Both the position numbers and the translations under genes were made by a program. A stretch of DNA of 64,000 bases. Origin: an uncultured Acidobacteriota bacterium. Its GTDB lineage: Bacteria > Acidobacteriota > Thermoanaerobaculia > Gp7-AA8. The notes under the pieces are model-generated. The model ran no database searches. It was given only the letters and a program-made list of their open reading frames with translations, and was not told where the DNA came from. Positions 1-13,400 of this stretch are shown in pieces. The stretch lies in contig CAWGHO010000003.1 of NCBI GenBank assembly GCA_963822445.1, forward strand, positions 1,280,001-1,344,000. The letters run 5' to 3'. Positions within the stretch are counted from its first letter, which is position 1. Each line of letters begins with the position of its first letter.

Positions 1-280
1 AGACGATCATCATCAGATTGTCGACCGTGCCGCCGAGCTCGGTGACGGTGACGAGGTCGGAGGAGAGGGCGCCGCGGAGCACGCGCTCGACGCGGAAGCG
101 GTAGTCGGTGACGATGGCCCGATCGGCGGTGCGGGAGGCCTCGCTTTCCACGGTGGCGATGACCACCAGGTCGGCGCGCTCGATCAGCTGTCCATCGGTG
201 ACCGGGCGATCGAAGGTAGCCGCCGGAAGGGTGGAAACAGCAAGAAAAAAGAACAAAACGGCCAGGAAGGCACGACGCAT
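1..280 (-). CDS. 5' part of a secreted protein running off the window. The N-terminal domain is of a type often found before matrixin-like metalloproteases.
   Basis: Manual translation gives MRRAFLAVLFFFLAVSTLPA-ATFDRPVTDGQLIERADLVVIATV...VTDYRFRVERVLRG...VTELGGTVD. It has a signal peptide, and GGAGG lies 9 nt before the ATG at 280. Not in the ORF track because it is open-ended. Confidence 0.7.
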   Translation of the reverse strand, partial: MRRAFLAVLFFFLAVSTLPAATFDRPVTDGQLIERADLVVIATVESEASRTADRAIVTDYRFRVERVLRGALSSDLVTVTELGGTVDNLMMIV

Positions 281-365
281 GGGGAACATCCTCCGGTTCG
301 GTCTGAGAGAGTTATTGTAGTCGAGCCTGACCGCGTAAAGCGCTTTGCGGTACCATTTCCGTGCG

Positions 366-950
366 ATGCCCGAGCCCGCCCCGATTCACGAGCATGCCTT
401 CGACAATCTCCGCTACATCCGCGAGGCGATGGAGCGCGCCAGCGCGTTCACGTCGATCCCCGGCTGGGGCGGAGTGCTGGTCGGAGTGACCGGCGTGATT
501 ACGGCGGTGATCGCCCATCCCAAACCGGCGTCGAGGGAGTGGCTCTGGACGTGGCTCGTCGACGCGTTCGTGGCCGCCTTGATCGGCGGCGTGGCGATGG
601 CCCGAAAGGCAAAGCAGGCCAATGTCTCGTTCACGGGGGCGCCGGCCCGGCGATTTTTCGTGAGCTACCTGGCACCGATCGTGGCCGCGGCGATCCTCAC
701 ACTGCTGCTGGCGAGGCTGGGCATGTTTGCCGCCCTTCCGGCGACCTGGCTGCTGCTGTACGGCGCGTCGTTCATCAGCAGCGGTGCGTATTCGATTCGC
801 GTGGTGCCGGTAATGGGCGTGTGCTTCATGGTCCTCGGCGTGATCGCCTGTTTCGTGCCCTTCACGATCGGAAATGCTTTATTGGGCACCGGCTTCGGCG
901 GCCTGCACATCATCTTCGGTTACGTAATCGCAAGGAGCTACGGTGGCTAG
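366..950 (+). CDS. Conserved multi-pass membrane protein, typically paired with a winged-helix regulator
   Basis: ORF 345..950; likely start MPEPAPIHEHAFDNLRYIREAMERAS. About 6 hydrophobic segments, and a C-terminal GFGGLHIIFG motif. Confidence 0.8.
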   Translation: MPEPAPIHEHAFDNLRYIREAMERASAFTSIPGWGGVLVGVTGVITAVIAHPKPASREWLWTWLVDAFVAALIGGVAMARKAKQANVSFTGAPARRFFVSYLAPIVAAAILTLLLARLGMFAALPATWLLLYGASFISSGAYSIRVVPVMGVCFMVLGVIACFVPFTIGNALLGTGFGGLHIIFGYVIARSYGG

Positions 951-1021
951 CGGGCACGGCCCGCAGCGCCGGTTGCCCAAGGCTTAGGCACGAGAGTCGT
1001 CAAACGCAGGAGCAAACTAGG

Positions 1022-1396
1022 ATGGCTTCAAGAGCAACAGCAGCAGCACGAAAGACTTCCGAACAACCCGCACCGCGCCGGCAGCCGGTCGAAACGCAGA
1101 TCCCCGATTTCGATCGCCTGATTCACGAGAAGACCCGCCTGGCGATCGTGAGCGCGCTGGCCGTGAATACGACCCTGAGCTTCAACGAGCTCAAGGCGAT
1201 CCTCAAGACGACCGACGGCAACGTGAGCGTGCACGCCCGCAAGCTCGAGGAAGCGGGTTACCTCTCGTGCAAGAAGTCGTTCGAGGGGCGCATGCCCAAG
1301 ACTGAGTACTCGCTGACCGCCGCGGGGAAGAGAGCGCTGGAGAAGTACCTCGGGCACATGGAAGCGCTGATTACTGCGGTAGGCGGTAGGCGGTAG
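1022..1396 (+). CDS. Winged-helix transcriptional regulator (HTH_34/MarR-ArsR-like)
   Basis: FDRLIHEKTRLAIVSALA...LSFNELK..L.TTDGNVSVHARKLEEAGY...K.FEGRMPKTEYSLT..G..AL..YL..ME. The real start is probably MASR at 1022, within ORF 539..1396. Confidence 0.9.
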   Translation: MASRATAAARKTSEQPAPRRQPVETQIPDFDRLIHEKTRLAIVSALAVNTTLSFNELKAILKTTDGNVSVHARKLEEAGYLSCKKSFEGRMPKTEYSLTAAGKRALEKYLGHMEALITAVGGRR

Positions 1397-1488
1397 GCAG
1401 TAGGCGGGAGAACGTTGTTGCTGGTTCTCCTGCCTACCGCCTACCGCGAGCCGCGCCTTGGCGCGGCGTACTGCCTACTGCCTACTGC
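1376..1488. repeat. Heptamer (GCRGTAG)n inverted-repeat element between convergent genes; probable bidirectional terminator or REP-like element
   Basis: GCGGTAG x3, GCAGTAG, GCGGGAGAAC-loop-GTTCTCC, CTACCGC x2, hairpin GCCGCGCC-TT-GGCGCGGC, CTACTGC repeats. A second copy lies at 25307-25407. Confidence 0.85.
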
Positions 1489-4400
1489 GCTGGCACGTAC
1501 GTCGGGTCGTTCGTCTTTGCGTCGATCACTGATGCATACGCCGTGGCCCGGCCCTCGCCGCCGACGGCGCGGACGGTGACGCGGGCGTTGTAGACGTCGC
1601 CCATCCCCAGGCCGGCCAGCATGCTGGTGATCTGGCGGAACTCATTGGGGGCCAGATCGACCTGAACGGTTGCCGTGAGTTTCGCGTCGGGGGGCACGAT
1701 CGAGACTTCGAGCGAGACCGGCTTGCCGGTCACTTCGGCGAGGCCGATGTTCGAGCGATACCTTGGCGACTCTTCGACCTGCAGGAGCTGCAGCGGACGC
1801 GAGCCCACACCGACCGCTTCGGCCGGCGTGACCGCGGCGATGAACTGGCCGTACGTGCCCTGGGTGGTCAGGTTGTACGTCCGGGCGGTGGCGATGAGTC
1901 GCGCGGAATCCGCGCTGGTGACGTGCACCGCGCCGCCGTTCTGACTCACACCGAACGTCCCGGTCAGGATCTTGTCGAGCTGGCGCACTTCGCCGGGCTG
2001 CAAGGTCATGCTGGTGACCTTCGGCGCGCCGCCGTTCTGCGAATAGAACGAAAGCGTCAGCTGCTCGGCCGTCGAGCCGGCGTTGAACACGCGCATGTCC
2101 GTCTGCCAGTTCGCGGCGCCGTTGTTCAGATCCGCGACGCCGGGGACGACCCATCTCGTGTTGGCGCTGTCGCTCAGCGTGACCGGCGAGACCAGCAGCG
2201 GATCGGCGGTCTTGTTGTCGAGCACCGACGCGTACGCGGTGACCTTGCCGTTGCCGCTGGTGACGGACACTTCCACGCGGCCGTCATCGAGCGAGGTGAT
2301 GCCGTGCTGCGAGAGGAATCCGTTGAGCTGCGTGTGCTGGCCGCCCTTGAGCAGGACCTCGAACTCGGTGAGCTTCGCGCCGGTCGAGCCGAAGACCTTG
2401 ACCAGCAGGTTGGCCGGCTCGCCCGAGCCTTCGACCAGGCCGAGGTTCGTGCGGTATTGCGAGGAGTGGGCGATCTGCTGCAGCGAAAGCACCTTCGACT
2501 GATCGACGAAATTCGCGAACGGAATGGCGGGGATGTACTGACCGAACGTGCCGTTTGGGGTGATGTTGAACGTGCGCGACGAGGCGAAGGTGACGATGTT
2601 CGCGAGCGCGCCAACCGCCGCGCTCGACGTCGACTTCGCGACCTCGGTCAAAGGCCGGACTTCGAGCGAGCCGACGGAGTTCGTCGAGCCCGTGCCGAAC
2701 CAGGTCTTCAGGATGTCGTCGAGGGCGACGGTGCGCCCGGGCTCGATCGAGAAGGTGGTCTGCCGGCCGGCGGTGATGCCCGCGTCGCCGCTGGGGATGA
2801 AGCTGAGCTGGTACTTCATGACCTGCGCGGAGGTGTTGCTCACGCGGACGTCGGACTGGAAGTGCGAGCCGATGCCGTCCGCATTCGCGACCGCGGGGAT
2901 CACCAGCGCATCGGGCGGCGGTGTGTTCTTCGGCGTCGGCGTGACCGGCGAAACGAGGCTGATGGACACCGGCTTGGTCACGGTCGTACCTGTCGTTCCG
3001 GTGCGGCCGGAGGAACCGGTGGTGATCGCAACGCCGCCGATGTTCGTGCCCGGAGGCAGACCGGCGGTGTTGACGACGACGGTGAGCGTGCGGCCGCCCG
3101 GCGGCACGCTGCCGTTCGACGGGGAGACGGTGATCCACGACGCGGTCGGCGTCGCGGTGAAGGGTTCGCCGGCCAGCTCGGGTCCGAGGGTCAGCGTGTA
3201 CTCGACGAAGTTGGCGTCACCGATCGGCGAAGAGCCCTCGGAGGTCGACTCGGGAAGGATGTAGACGAGCGCCGTCGAGGAGTACGGTCCCATGTTCGAC
3301 GGATTGCAGCGCGTGTCGATCGCGCGTACTCGAACATATTTCGCGATCGGCTCGGTACCACGGTTGGTGAACAGGACGGCGCGCTGGCGCGCGTTGCCGG
3401 TGTCGTTCGTCGTCGTCGAGCCCGCGGCGAAATCAGGATCGGTGGAGATCTCGAACGAGTAGCTGGTCGCGCCGGGAACGAAGGACCATTGCAGGAGACT
3501 TACGACACCAGAAGAGAGCTGACCCGGCGCCGAGATGACCGGCGCTTCGAGTTGCGAACAGGCCGCGACTTGCGGAATCACGACGAAGCGGCTTTCTGTC
3601 GAGTCGAGCGCGGCACAACCCTGAGCGAAGCGGGTCCGGACGAACCAGCGTCCGGCGCCGAGCTGGCGCTGCACGTTCGGCGCGTCGGATTCATCCGTCG
3701 TTCTGACGAGCTCCGGTTCGGCATTGCCGTGCGAGACGTACAACTCGTACGAGGTCGCGCCGGCAACGTCGTTCCAGTCGAGGAACATCGGCGAGGCGAT
3801 GCGCTCACCCTCGGACGGCGCGTGCAGAACGGCGCGCTCGTTGGCGGTGCAGTTCGGCGGCGGCTCGTAGGTGAACCGGCGATGATCGGACTCGGTCGCG
3901 CCGCAACCGCTGAAGATCGCGCGAACGAACCACTCCAGATGACCCGTCGCTACTTCCGCGGTCGCCGACGTCGACGGCGTGGTGACGATGAGCGTCGGCA
4001 CGCCGCCGACCGGCGCAAGGTAAAGCTCGTATTCGATCGCGTTTGCCACCGTGGTCCAGGAGAAGTTCACCGTGGCATTCGAGGTGGTGAAGTCGATCGA
4101 CGGGCTGAGGAGCGCCGGGCGTCCGCGATCGTCGCAGTTCTGCGCGGGAAGAACGGTGAACGTCCATCGCTGCGACTCGCGTGATGGGCATCCGGGGAAG
4201 AGCGTCTCGACCCACCAGGTGTGCGTCCCGGCGGGGATGACTTTCGTCAGCGTGGTATCGAGCGTCGAAGCGAGAACCTCGGGCGCACTCATTCCGGACT
4301 GCAACCAGACGCGATAACCGCTCGATGCGCTCACCGCGGTCCAGCGGAACTCGATCATGCCGTTGGAGATGCTGATGCCGTTCGCGGGCTGGGTCAGCGT

Positions 4401-7400
4401 CGCGACGCCTTCGCACGTCGCCGGCTGCTCGACGGTGAACGACTCCTCGGTGGAGCGGGTCGACGGACAGCCGCTGAAGAGCGTGTCGACGACGAAGGTG
4501 ATGGCGCCCGGCGGGAACGACGCGGTGAGCGAGGTCGCGGTGGTCATCGGGCCCGCGTCCTGGAGTGCTTCGTCGCCGAGGCGATAACGGACGATGTAGC
4601 CGATCGCGTTCGGCACGGCGTTCCAGGACAGGGTCACCGGTGAATCGAACGAGCCGCCGTCCGGCGAGAGGCCGGTGGCAACGCCGTTTCCGGCGCAGGT
4701 GTCGATCTGAGGAACGGTGAAGGAGCGGACGGCCGACGGTTTCGGCGTGCACGACTGCGCGCCGTTCGCGATGACCTGCCAATTGAATGAGCCGCTGGAC
4801 AGCTCGATCGTGAACGCGGTGTTCGCCGTTGTCGCGGCGAGCGTCAGATCGTCACCCGCTTCGCCGATCCAGAGCTCGTACAGCGTCGCGTTCGCGACCG
4901 GATCCCAGTCGAAGGTCACCGGCGAGGTGAGGTTGTTCGCGCCGTTTTCGGGCGCGACGAGATTCGGCTCGTTGGGCGGGCACTGCGCGGGCGGCGCGGA
5001 GACCGACGTCGTCGCGGAGCTGCTGTCGTTGCTGTTGCTCGGATCGGCGCTGGTCGTGCTGACCGTGGCGATGTTGGTGACCGTCGCCGGGCCCTGCGGT
5101 GCGGTGACGTCGATGGTGATGACCTGCGAGGCGCCGGCGGCGAGCGTGCCGAGGCTGCAGTTCACATTCGGACCGCTGGTGCAGAGACCAGATGAGACGG
5201 AGACGAAGGTGACGTTCGCGGGCAGGATGTCGCTCACCGTCACCGCGTCGGCGTTCGCCGGTCCGTTGTTGGTGATGGTCAGCGTGTAGGTGAAGCTCGC
5301 GGCCGAGGCGACATTCGCCGGTGCGGACTTGGTGATGGCTACGTCGGCCTGGTTGCTCGTGACGGTGATCTGGTGCGTTGCGCTGCCGGTGCACTGGCCG
5401 GCGGTCACGTTCACGCCGAGCTGGGTGGTGCCGACCGAGCCGGCGGTGACGGTGATGTTGTTCGTGCCCTGGCCGCCAGTGATGGTGCCGTTGGTGATCG
5501 ACCAGTTGTAGGTTGCGCCGCTGACGGCGGTCGCGGTCGCGGCTCCGTTCGCGCCGGGATTGAGCGCGGTGGGAGCGGTGATGCTGATCGTCGGACAGGC
5601 GGAGATGGCGGTCGTGATCGAAGCCGTGTGCGGATTCGGATCGCTCGAGGACGTAACCGTCGCGACGTTCGTCACCGAGTACGCCGGTCCGCCGCTGAAC
5701 GAGTAGGTCGCCTGAACCGATGCGCTCTGTCCGGAGTTGAGCGTGCCGAGCGAGCAGGGGAACGCCGTGCAGGCGCCGGTGGCAGAAACGAAGGTCAGAT
5801 CGGCAGGCGTCGGATCGGAGAGCGTGACGCTGTTCGCCGCGGACGCTCCGCCGTTGGTCACGTTGATGGTGTAGGTGATGGTGCTGGCGTTCGTCGGCGA
5901 GACGCTCGTTGGGCCGGTCTTCGTCACGCTCAGCGTGGTGGCGGTGATGGGGAAGGCCGTGTTTGCGTTGCTCGAGCACGAGTTGACGGTAGCCGTCACG
6001 TTGAGGCTCACCGTGCCGCTCGGGCCGGCGGTGAGGTTGATGGTGTTCGTGCCCTGGCCGCCGGTGATCGTGCCGTTGGTGATCGACCAGCTGTAGGTCG
6101 CGCCGGCAACGGACGTCGCGGTCGCAGTTCCAGCCGCGCCGGGCTCGAGTGAGGTGGGAGCGGTGATGGTGATCGTCGGGCAGGCCGCGACGTTCGTGAC
6201 GACCGAGGCGCTGTTGTTGCCGGAGTTCGGATCGTTGGCCGAGGAAACGGTGGCGACGTTGGTCACCGCGTATGCCGAACCGCCGGTGAACGAGTAGGTC
6301 ACCTGCACGTTCGCTGTCTGTCCGTTGGTGAGTGTGCCGAGCGAGCAGGGGAACGCCGAACAGGCGCCGGTTGCGGAGACGAAGGTGAGGTTGGCCGGCG
6401 TCGGATCGGACAACGTGACGCTGTTCGCGACCGACGGGCCGTTGTTGGTCACGTCGATCGAGTAGGTGAAGGTGCTGGCCGTCGCCGGCGAGACGTTCGC
6501 CGGGCCGCTCTTCGCCACGGAGAGATCGGCGTGGACGGGATTGATGGTGACGACCGCGCTCGGATTGCTGACGCAGCTGCCGCTGGTGACGTTGACGCCG
6601 AGGCTCACCGTGCCGCTCGTACCGGCGGTGAAGGTGATGCTCGAAGTGCCCTGGCCGCCGGTGATCGTGCCGTTGCCGATCGACCAGTTGTAGGTCGCAC
6701 CGGCGACACTGGTGACGCTGGCGACGTTGCCGGCCGATCCGCCGTTGACCGCGCCGGGCGCGGTGATGGACGTGGCCGGGCAGTTGGAGACGGTCGTGAC
6801 GACCGACGAGGAATCGTTGCTCGTGTTGCTGTCTGCGGCCGAGCTGACCGTGGCGGTGTTGGTGTAAGTCGTACCGACCGCGCCGCTGATGGAGTAGGTG
6901 ACCTGAACGTTGCTGGTCTGGCCGACGCTCATCACGCCGAGGTTGCAGGGGAGGGTGGCGCAGTCACCGGTGACGCTGAGCTGCGTCAACCCGTTCGGCG
7001 TCGAATCATCGAGAGTCACCGCGCTCGCTTCGGAAGGACCGTTGTTCGTGACCGCGATCGAGTAGGTCACGGTGCTGCCCGACTCCGGCGGCACGTTGGA
7101 CGGACCGGCTTTCACGACCGCGACGTCCGCTTCCTGGGCGATGGCGTTGGTCGCCGTGGAGGTGTCGTCGCTGGAATCGAGATCGGTCGGCGACGCGGCA
7201 CTGACGCTCGCCGCGATCTGCGCGTTGCCGGTCGCGTTCGGAGAGACGCTCCAGGTCGCATTGATGGTGACCGACTGACCGATGGTGAGGTTGCCGAGCG
7301 CGCAGGGGAAGCCGTTCGTGCACGCTCCGCTGGCCGAGCTGAAGGTGAGCTGCGCGGACGGTGTGATCGCGAGCGTCACGCTGTTCGCGGTGTCGGGACC

Positions 7401-10400
7401 GTTGTTGGTGACGACGATCGAGTAGTCGGACGTTGCTCCGGCGACCGGGGCGAGGGTGTTGGTCACGCCGACGCTGAGGTCCGCGTTCGCCGTAACCGTT
7501 GCGGATGCATTCGCGGTGTTGTTCGCGCCGTTCGGATCGAACTGGCTCGCGGCGACGGACACGGTCATGGACGCGCTGCCGGCGGCGCTCGTGGCGACGG
7601 TGATGGTCACGTTGACCGTGGCCTGATCGGCGAGGTTGCCGATGGTGCAGGTCAGGTTCGGCGCGCCGGTGCAGATGGCCGGGCTGGCGCTGACGAAGGT
7701 CACGTTCGCCGGGAGCGACGCGCTGAAGGCGACGCCGGAGGCATTCGAGCCGCCGTTGTTCGTGACGGAGACGTTGTAGGTGAACGAGTCGCCGGTGTTC
7801 ACCGTCGACGGCGTGGCGGTCATGGCGATGGAGATGTCCGCCTGCACGGTGTTCGTCGTCAGCTGCAGATCGGTCGCGCTGTACGCCGGAATGAGATTCG
7901 TCCCGAAGCCGAGGTTCAGGCCGTTCTTGTTGGCGAAGTCGGTGTTGCCGGGACGCGACCCAAAGGTGAGGATCTGGAAGGTATTGCCCGAGGCGGGGAG
8001 GAAGCTGTTGATGGTGGAGATGTTCAGATCGCTGGCGAGCGTGACCGCGCCGGTGACGACGAGTTGGTCGTAGCCGCTGCCGGCGGTGGTGCCGCCCAGC
8101 TCGATGTCGAGCGTGCCGCTGCTGGACTGGGTGTAGGGGCCGGTGATGTTCAGCGTTCCCGCGGCGGAGGCGCCGCCGGGGATCACCGCCGCGCCGGAGT
8201 TGTTGACCGTCGCGGTGATGGTGCCGGTGCCGCCGACCGTTCCACCCTGGAAGGACATGGGCTGGGTGGCGGAGACGTTGCCGCCGGTGAGCTTCAGCGC
8301 GCCCGCGGTCTGGGTGAAGTTGTAGGAGTTGAAGGCCAGCGTTCCGGTCTGGCTTTCGACAGTGCCGCTGTTGTTCACCGTCACCGCCATCATCGAGGTG
8401 CCGGTCCGGCCGTTCTTCCGGAACATGCCGCTGTTGTTGAACGGGCCGCCGTTGGTGATGGCCTCGTCGCCGAGGAGCTCGAACGTGCCCTCGTTGTCGA
8501 ACTGGCTGCCGTCGGTGTAGATGTGCAGGTAGGGGTAGGTATTCGGATTCGACGTCGTCCCGTACTGGACGCTTCCTCGGTTCGTGACCGTGCGCCCGCC
8601 AGTGATGTAGGTGTAGGTGGTGCTGGGCATCGAGACGGTGGTGCCGGTCTCGAAGATGGTCGTGCCGGCGCCGGTCATCGAGCCGCCGGACCAGATGTGG
8701 GCCGTGGCGGTGCCAGTGGCGGTGACGGTGCCGGTTCCGCCGAGCGTGCCGTTGGACATCTTCAGGAGGACGGTGTTGGTGGCGGCGTTGAAGTTCGCGA
8801 TGCCGCTGGTGATCTCGATCTCGTCGGTGGTGACGGCCACGTTGAAGGTGTTCGTGCCGTTGGTGATTTTCGTCTTCGTGGTGCCGCTGGTGTTGTAGGC
8901 GGCGTCGACGACGGTCGTGCCGCCGCTGAGGAGCAGGGTGCCGCCGGTGTTGGTGATCGAACTGGCTGACTGGATAGCGTGCGCTCCGTAGCCGCCGAAC
9001 TGCAGCGTCGTTCCCGCGCCGATGTTGAACGGGCCGGTGTGCGTTCCGCCGCCGCCGTTGAAGGCGAGCGTGCCCGTGGAGACGCTGGTCGTGCCAGCAT
9101 TGTTGAACGTGACCTGGAGATCGGAGCTGTTGCCGCCGGTCTTGGTGACCGTGCCGGTGCCGGTGTTGGTGAACGTGCCGCCGTTGGTGATGCTCTCGTT
9201 CCCGACGAGGGTGAACGTGCCGTGGTTGGTGAGCGAGCTGCCGTCGTTGTAGATGTGCAGATAGGGGTAGTAGTTCGGATTGCTGGTCGTGCCGTAGGTC
9301 GTCGCACCCTTGAGGGTGAGCGCACGGCCGCTGGTGAGATAGGTGTAGGTGGTACTGGGCATCGACAGCGTGGTGCCGCTCTCGAAGATCGTGGCGCCGG
9401 CGCCGGTCATGCTGCCGCCCGACCAGACGTGGGTGGTGGCCGTGCCGTTGACGGTGACCGTGCCCGTGCCGCCGAGCGTGCCGTTGCTCATCTGGAAGCG
9501 CGTGGCCGTGGTGGCGCCGTTGAAGTTGCCGGTGCCGTTGGTGAGCTCGATCAGATCGTTGCTCACCGGCGTGTTGAAGGTGACCGTTCCTCCTGTCACA
9601 CGGGTTGTGGTCGAGCCGCTGGTCGAATAGGTGCCGTTGACGACGGTTGTGCCGGCGGACTGCTGAAGGGTGCCGTTGGAGGTGATCGAGCTCGCCGCCT
9701 GAACAGTATGCGTCCCGTAGCCGCCGAACAAGAGCGTGGAGCCCGCGGCGATGCTGAACGGACCGCCGTGCGTGCCGCCGCCGCCGCTGAGGGCGATGGC
9801 CCCCGAGGAGACGTTGACCGAGCCGTTGTTGTTGAACGTGACGGCGAGGTCCGAGGTGCCGGTCCCGGCGGTCTTGGCGAACGTGGCGCCGGGATTGTTG
9901 TTGAACGTCCCGCCGTTGGTGAAGCTTTCGTTCGCGATCAGCGTGACCGAGCCGTTGTTGTTGAAGGTGCTGCCGTCGTTGTAGATGTGCAGGTAGGGGT
10001 AGTAGTTGACGTTGCCGTTCGTGCCGTAGGTGAGCGCGCCTTTGTTGTCGAGCGTGCGGCCGGAAGTCAGATAAGTGTAGTTGGTGGTCGGCATCGAAAT
10101 AGTGGTGCCGGTGTCGAAGATCGTCGTGCCGGTGCCGGTCATCGTGCCCCCCGACCAGACCAGCGGGTTCACGGTGCCGGAGAGGGTCACCGTGCCCGTT
10201 CCGGCGAGCACGCCGCCGCTCATGCTGAAGCGCGAGGAGGCGGTTGCGGCATTGAAGATCGCGGTGCCGTTGGTGATCTCGATCAGGTCGTTCGAGACCG
10301 TGGTGTTGAAGGTGATGGTGCCGCCGATGGCACGGGTGGCGCTCGCGCCGCTGGTGTTGTAGGCGCCGTTGACGACGGTCGAGCCGCCGGTGTTGGTGAG

Positions 10401-13400
10401 CGTGCCCGCGGAGGTGATCGAGCTGGTGGCCTGAACGGAATGCGTCGCGCCGCCGCCGAAGGTCAGGCCCGCGCCCGCGGCCACGTTGAACGGGCCGGTG
10501 TGCGTGCCGCCGCTGCCGGTCAGGGCGATCGTGCCGGTCGTAGCGGTCAGCGTGCCCTCGTTGTGGAAGACGACGCTGAGGTCGGACGTCCCGGTGCCGC
10601 CGGTCTTTGTGAACGTGCCGCCCGAAGCATTCTGGAACGTGCCGTTGTTGACGATGCTCTCGTTGGCGATGAGCGTGAACGAGCCGTTGTTCACGATCTT
10701 GCTGCCGTCGCTGTAGATGTGCAGGTAGGGGTAGTAGTTCGGATTGGCGGCCGTTCCGTAGCTGATCGTGCCGTTGTTGGTGATCGTGCGGCCGCCGGTG
10801 ACGTAGGTGTAGCTCGTGGTCGGCATCACCAGGGTCGTGCCGGTGTCGAAGACGGTGTTGCCGGTGCCGGTCATGGTGCCGCCCGACCAGGTGTGCGTGG
10901 AGAGGCCTGTCACCGTGACCGTCCCGGCTCCGCCGAGAACGCCGCCGGTCTGCTGGAATTGCGAGGTGACGGAAACCGCGGCGTTCGCGTTGAAGGTGCC
11001 GTTGGTGATCTCGAGGATGCTTGTCGTAGCGGCGGCGTTCATGTTCACGGTGCCGCCGGCGGCGCGGGTCTCACCGGTGACGGCATACGTCCCGGCGATG
11101 TTGGTGGTGTTGCCCGAGAAGAGGATGAGACCCGCCCCGTTGACCGTGGACGAGGCATCGAGGTTGTGGGTGTTGTTCGCGAACTCGAGCGTCGCCGACG
11201 TCACCGCGGTGAACGTGCCGCTGTGCGTGCCGGAGGTCTCGATGCGCATCGTGCCGCTCTGGCTCTCGATGGTCCCGGTGTTGGCGAAGGTCATCGTGCC
11301 GGCGACGTAGCTGATGCCGGTGCCGTTCAGCTTGCGGAGCGTGCCCGCGTTGGTGAACGTCGGCGTGGCGCCGGTGTAGTGGCAGACGCAGGACTCGGTG
11401 CTGCCGTTGGCGAGTGTGAAGTTGAGGAAGGCCGACGGCCGGTTGGTGAAGGTGGCCCCGGTGCTGAGATAGAGATAGCCGGTGCCGGAGATGTTGATCG
11501 TGCCGTAGTTGTCGAGGGTGCGGGCGTCGTTGTATCCGAGCATGCGCGCGGTGGTCCCAGGGAGGTTGAGCGTGCCGTCGGAATTGATCAGCGTCGTGCC
11601 GCCGCCCTCCATGTAGCCGCCGTTCCAGGTGATCGTTCCGGCGACGCCGCTGGTCAGCGTTCCCGGGCCGTTGATCGTGCCGCTGTCGAAGACCAGGGTG
11701 GGCATGGGGATGGTGACGCCCGTGGGGATGGTCACCGTCGCGCCGGCGATGCGGACGGTCCCCTGCGTGGTCAGGGCCGTGCCGCTGTTGAAGGTGAAGG
11801 TGCCGCCGGGGAAAACGTAGCTCGTGCCGGTCACGGCGTCCAGCGTGCCGCTGTTCGAGCCGCCGCCCTCGAAACGGATCGTGCCGGTCTCCAGGTCGAT
11901 CGTGCCGGTGTTTGTGAAGGCGACGCCGTTGCCGATCGGCGTGTAACCCGTGCTGGTGCCGCCGGATTTGCGGAACGTGCCGGCGTTGCTGAAGCTCACG
12001 CCGCTGCCGGTGTAGAGGCAGACGCAGGCCTCGATGTTGCCGGCGAAGCTCGCAGTGACGTGAAAGAGTCCCGTGGACTGGTTGATGAAGGTCGCCCCGC
12101 TGGACAGGTAGAGGTAGCCGGTCGAGGAGAGATTGATCGTGCCGGAGTTGTCGAGCGTGCGTGAGCCGGTGTAGCCGACGTACTTGCTGGACGTGCCGGG
12201 CATGTTCAGCGTGCCGCCGAGCGGAATGAGAGTCGTGCCGCCGCCGTCCATGGTGCCGTTGTTCCAGGTGATCGTGCCGGTGGCGCCGGTGCTCAGCGTG
12301 CCGCCGCCGTTGATGGTGCCGGCGTCGAAGCTCAGGGTCGGCATCTCCACGGTGACGCCGGTGGGGATGGTCACGGTCGCGCCGACGACCTGCACCGTCG
12401 ACAGCGTGGTCAGCGTCGACCCGGTGTTGAACGTGAAGGTGCCGCCCGGGAACACGTACTTCGTTCCGGCGATACCGTCGAGCGTTCCGTGGTTCGTGCC
12501 GCCATTCTCGAAGCGGATCGACCCGCTCTCGAGATCGATCGTTCCGGTGGACGCATTGGTGAAGAGGATCCCGCTGCCGATTTGGGTGTAGCCGGTGCTC
12601 GAGCCGCCCGTCTTACGGAACGTACCGGCGTTGGTGAAGGTCGCGCTGGCGCCCGTGTAGAAGCAGATGCACGACTCGAGGTTGCCGGCGTAGCTGGCGG
12701 TGATCTCGTAGAGCGCGCCGGCGCGGTTGGTGAACGTCGAGGCCGCGCTCAGATAGAGATAGCCCGTGCCGGTGACGTTGATCGTGCCGTAGTTGTCGAG
12801 GGTGCGCGCCGCGCTCATGCCGAAATACTTGTGCCCTGTGCCGGGCATGTTCAGCGTGCCGCCGGCGGGGATGAGCGTGGTTCCGGGGCCGTCCATGGTC
12901 CCGTTGTTCCAGGTGATGGTTCCGGTGGTGCCCGGGCTGAGCGTGCCGGCGCCGTTGATGGTGCCGCCGTCGAAGATGAGCGTGGGCATTTCGGCGGTCA
13001 GGCCGGTGGCAATGGTGAGGGTCCCGGCGACCATGCGGAACGTCGGCAGCGCGCTCAGCGTCGTTCCGCTGTTCAAAGTGAAGGTGGAGTTCGAGAAGTA
13101 GTAGGTCGCACCGGCCAGCCCATCGAGCGTGCCGCTGTTCGAGCCGCCGAAGTCGAAGCGGATCGTGCCGGTCTGGAGATCGACGGTGCCGGAGTTGGTG
13201 AAGGTGACGCTGTTGCCGAGGTAGGTGGTTCCTGTGCTCGAGCCGCCCGACTTGCGGAGCGTACCGGCATTGTTGAAAGTCGAGCCCGGGCCGCTGTAGT
13301 GGCAGACGCACGATTCGGTGCCGCCGGCCACGTTCGTGGTGATGTGGACCAGACCGGAGGGCTGATTGGTGAACGTGGCCGCGTCGCCCATGTAGAGGTA

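Noticed and set aside
539-1021. N-terminal part of the 285-aa ORF 539..1396
   Set aside because: It overlaps the membrane-protein gene in another frame. Only the part from 1022 is wHTH-like.
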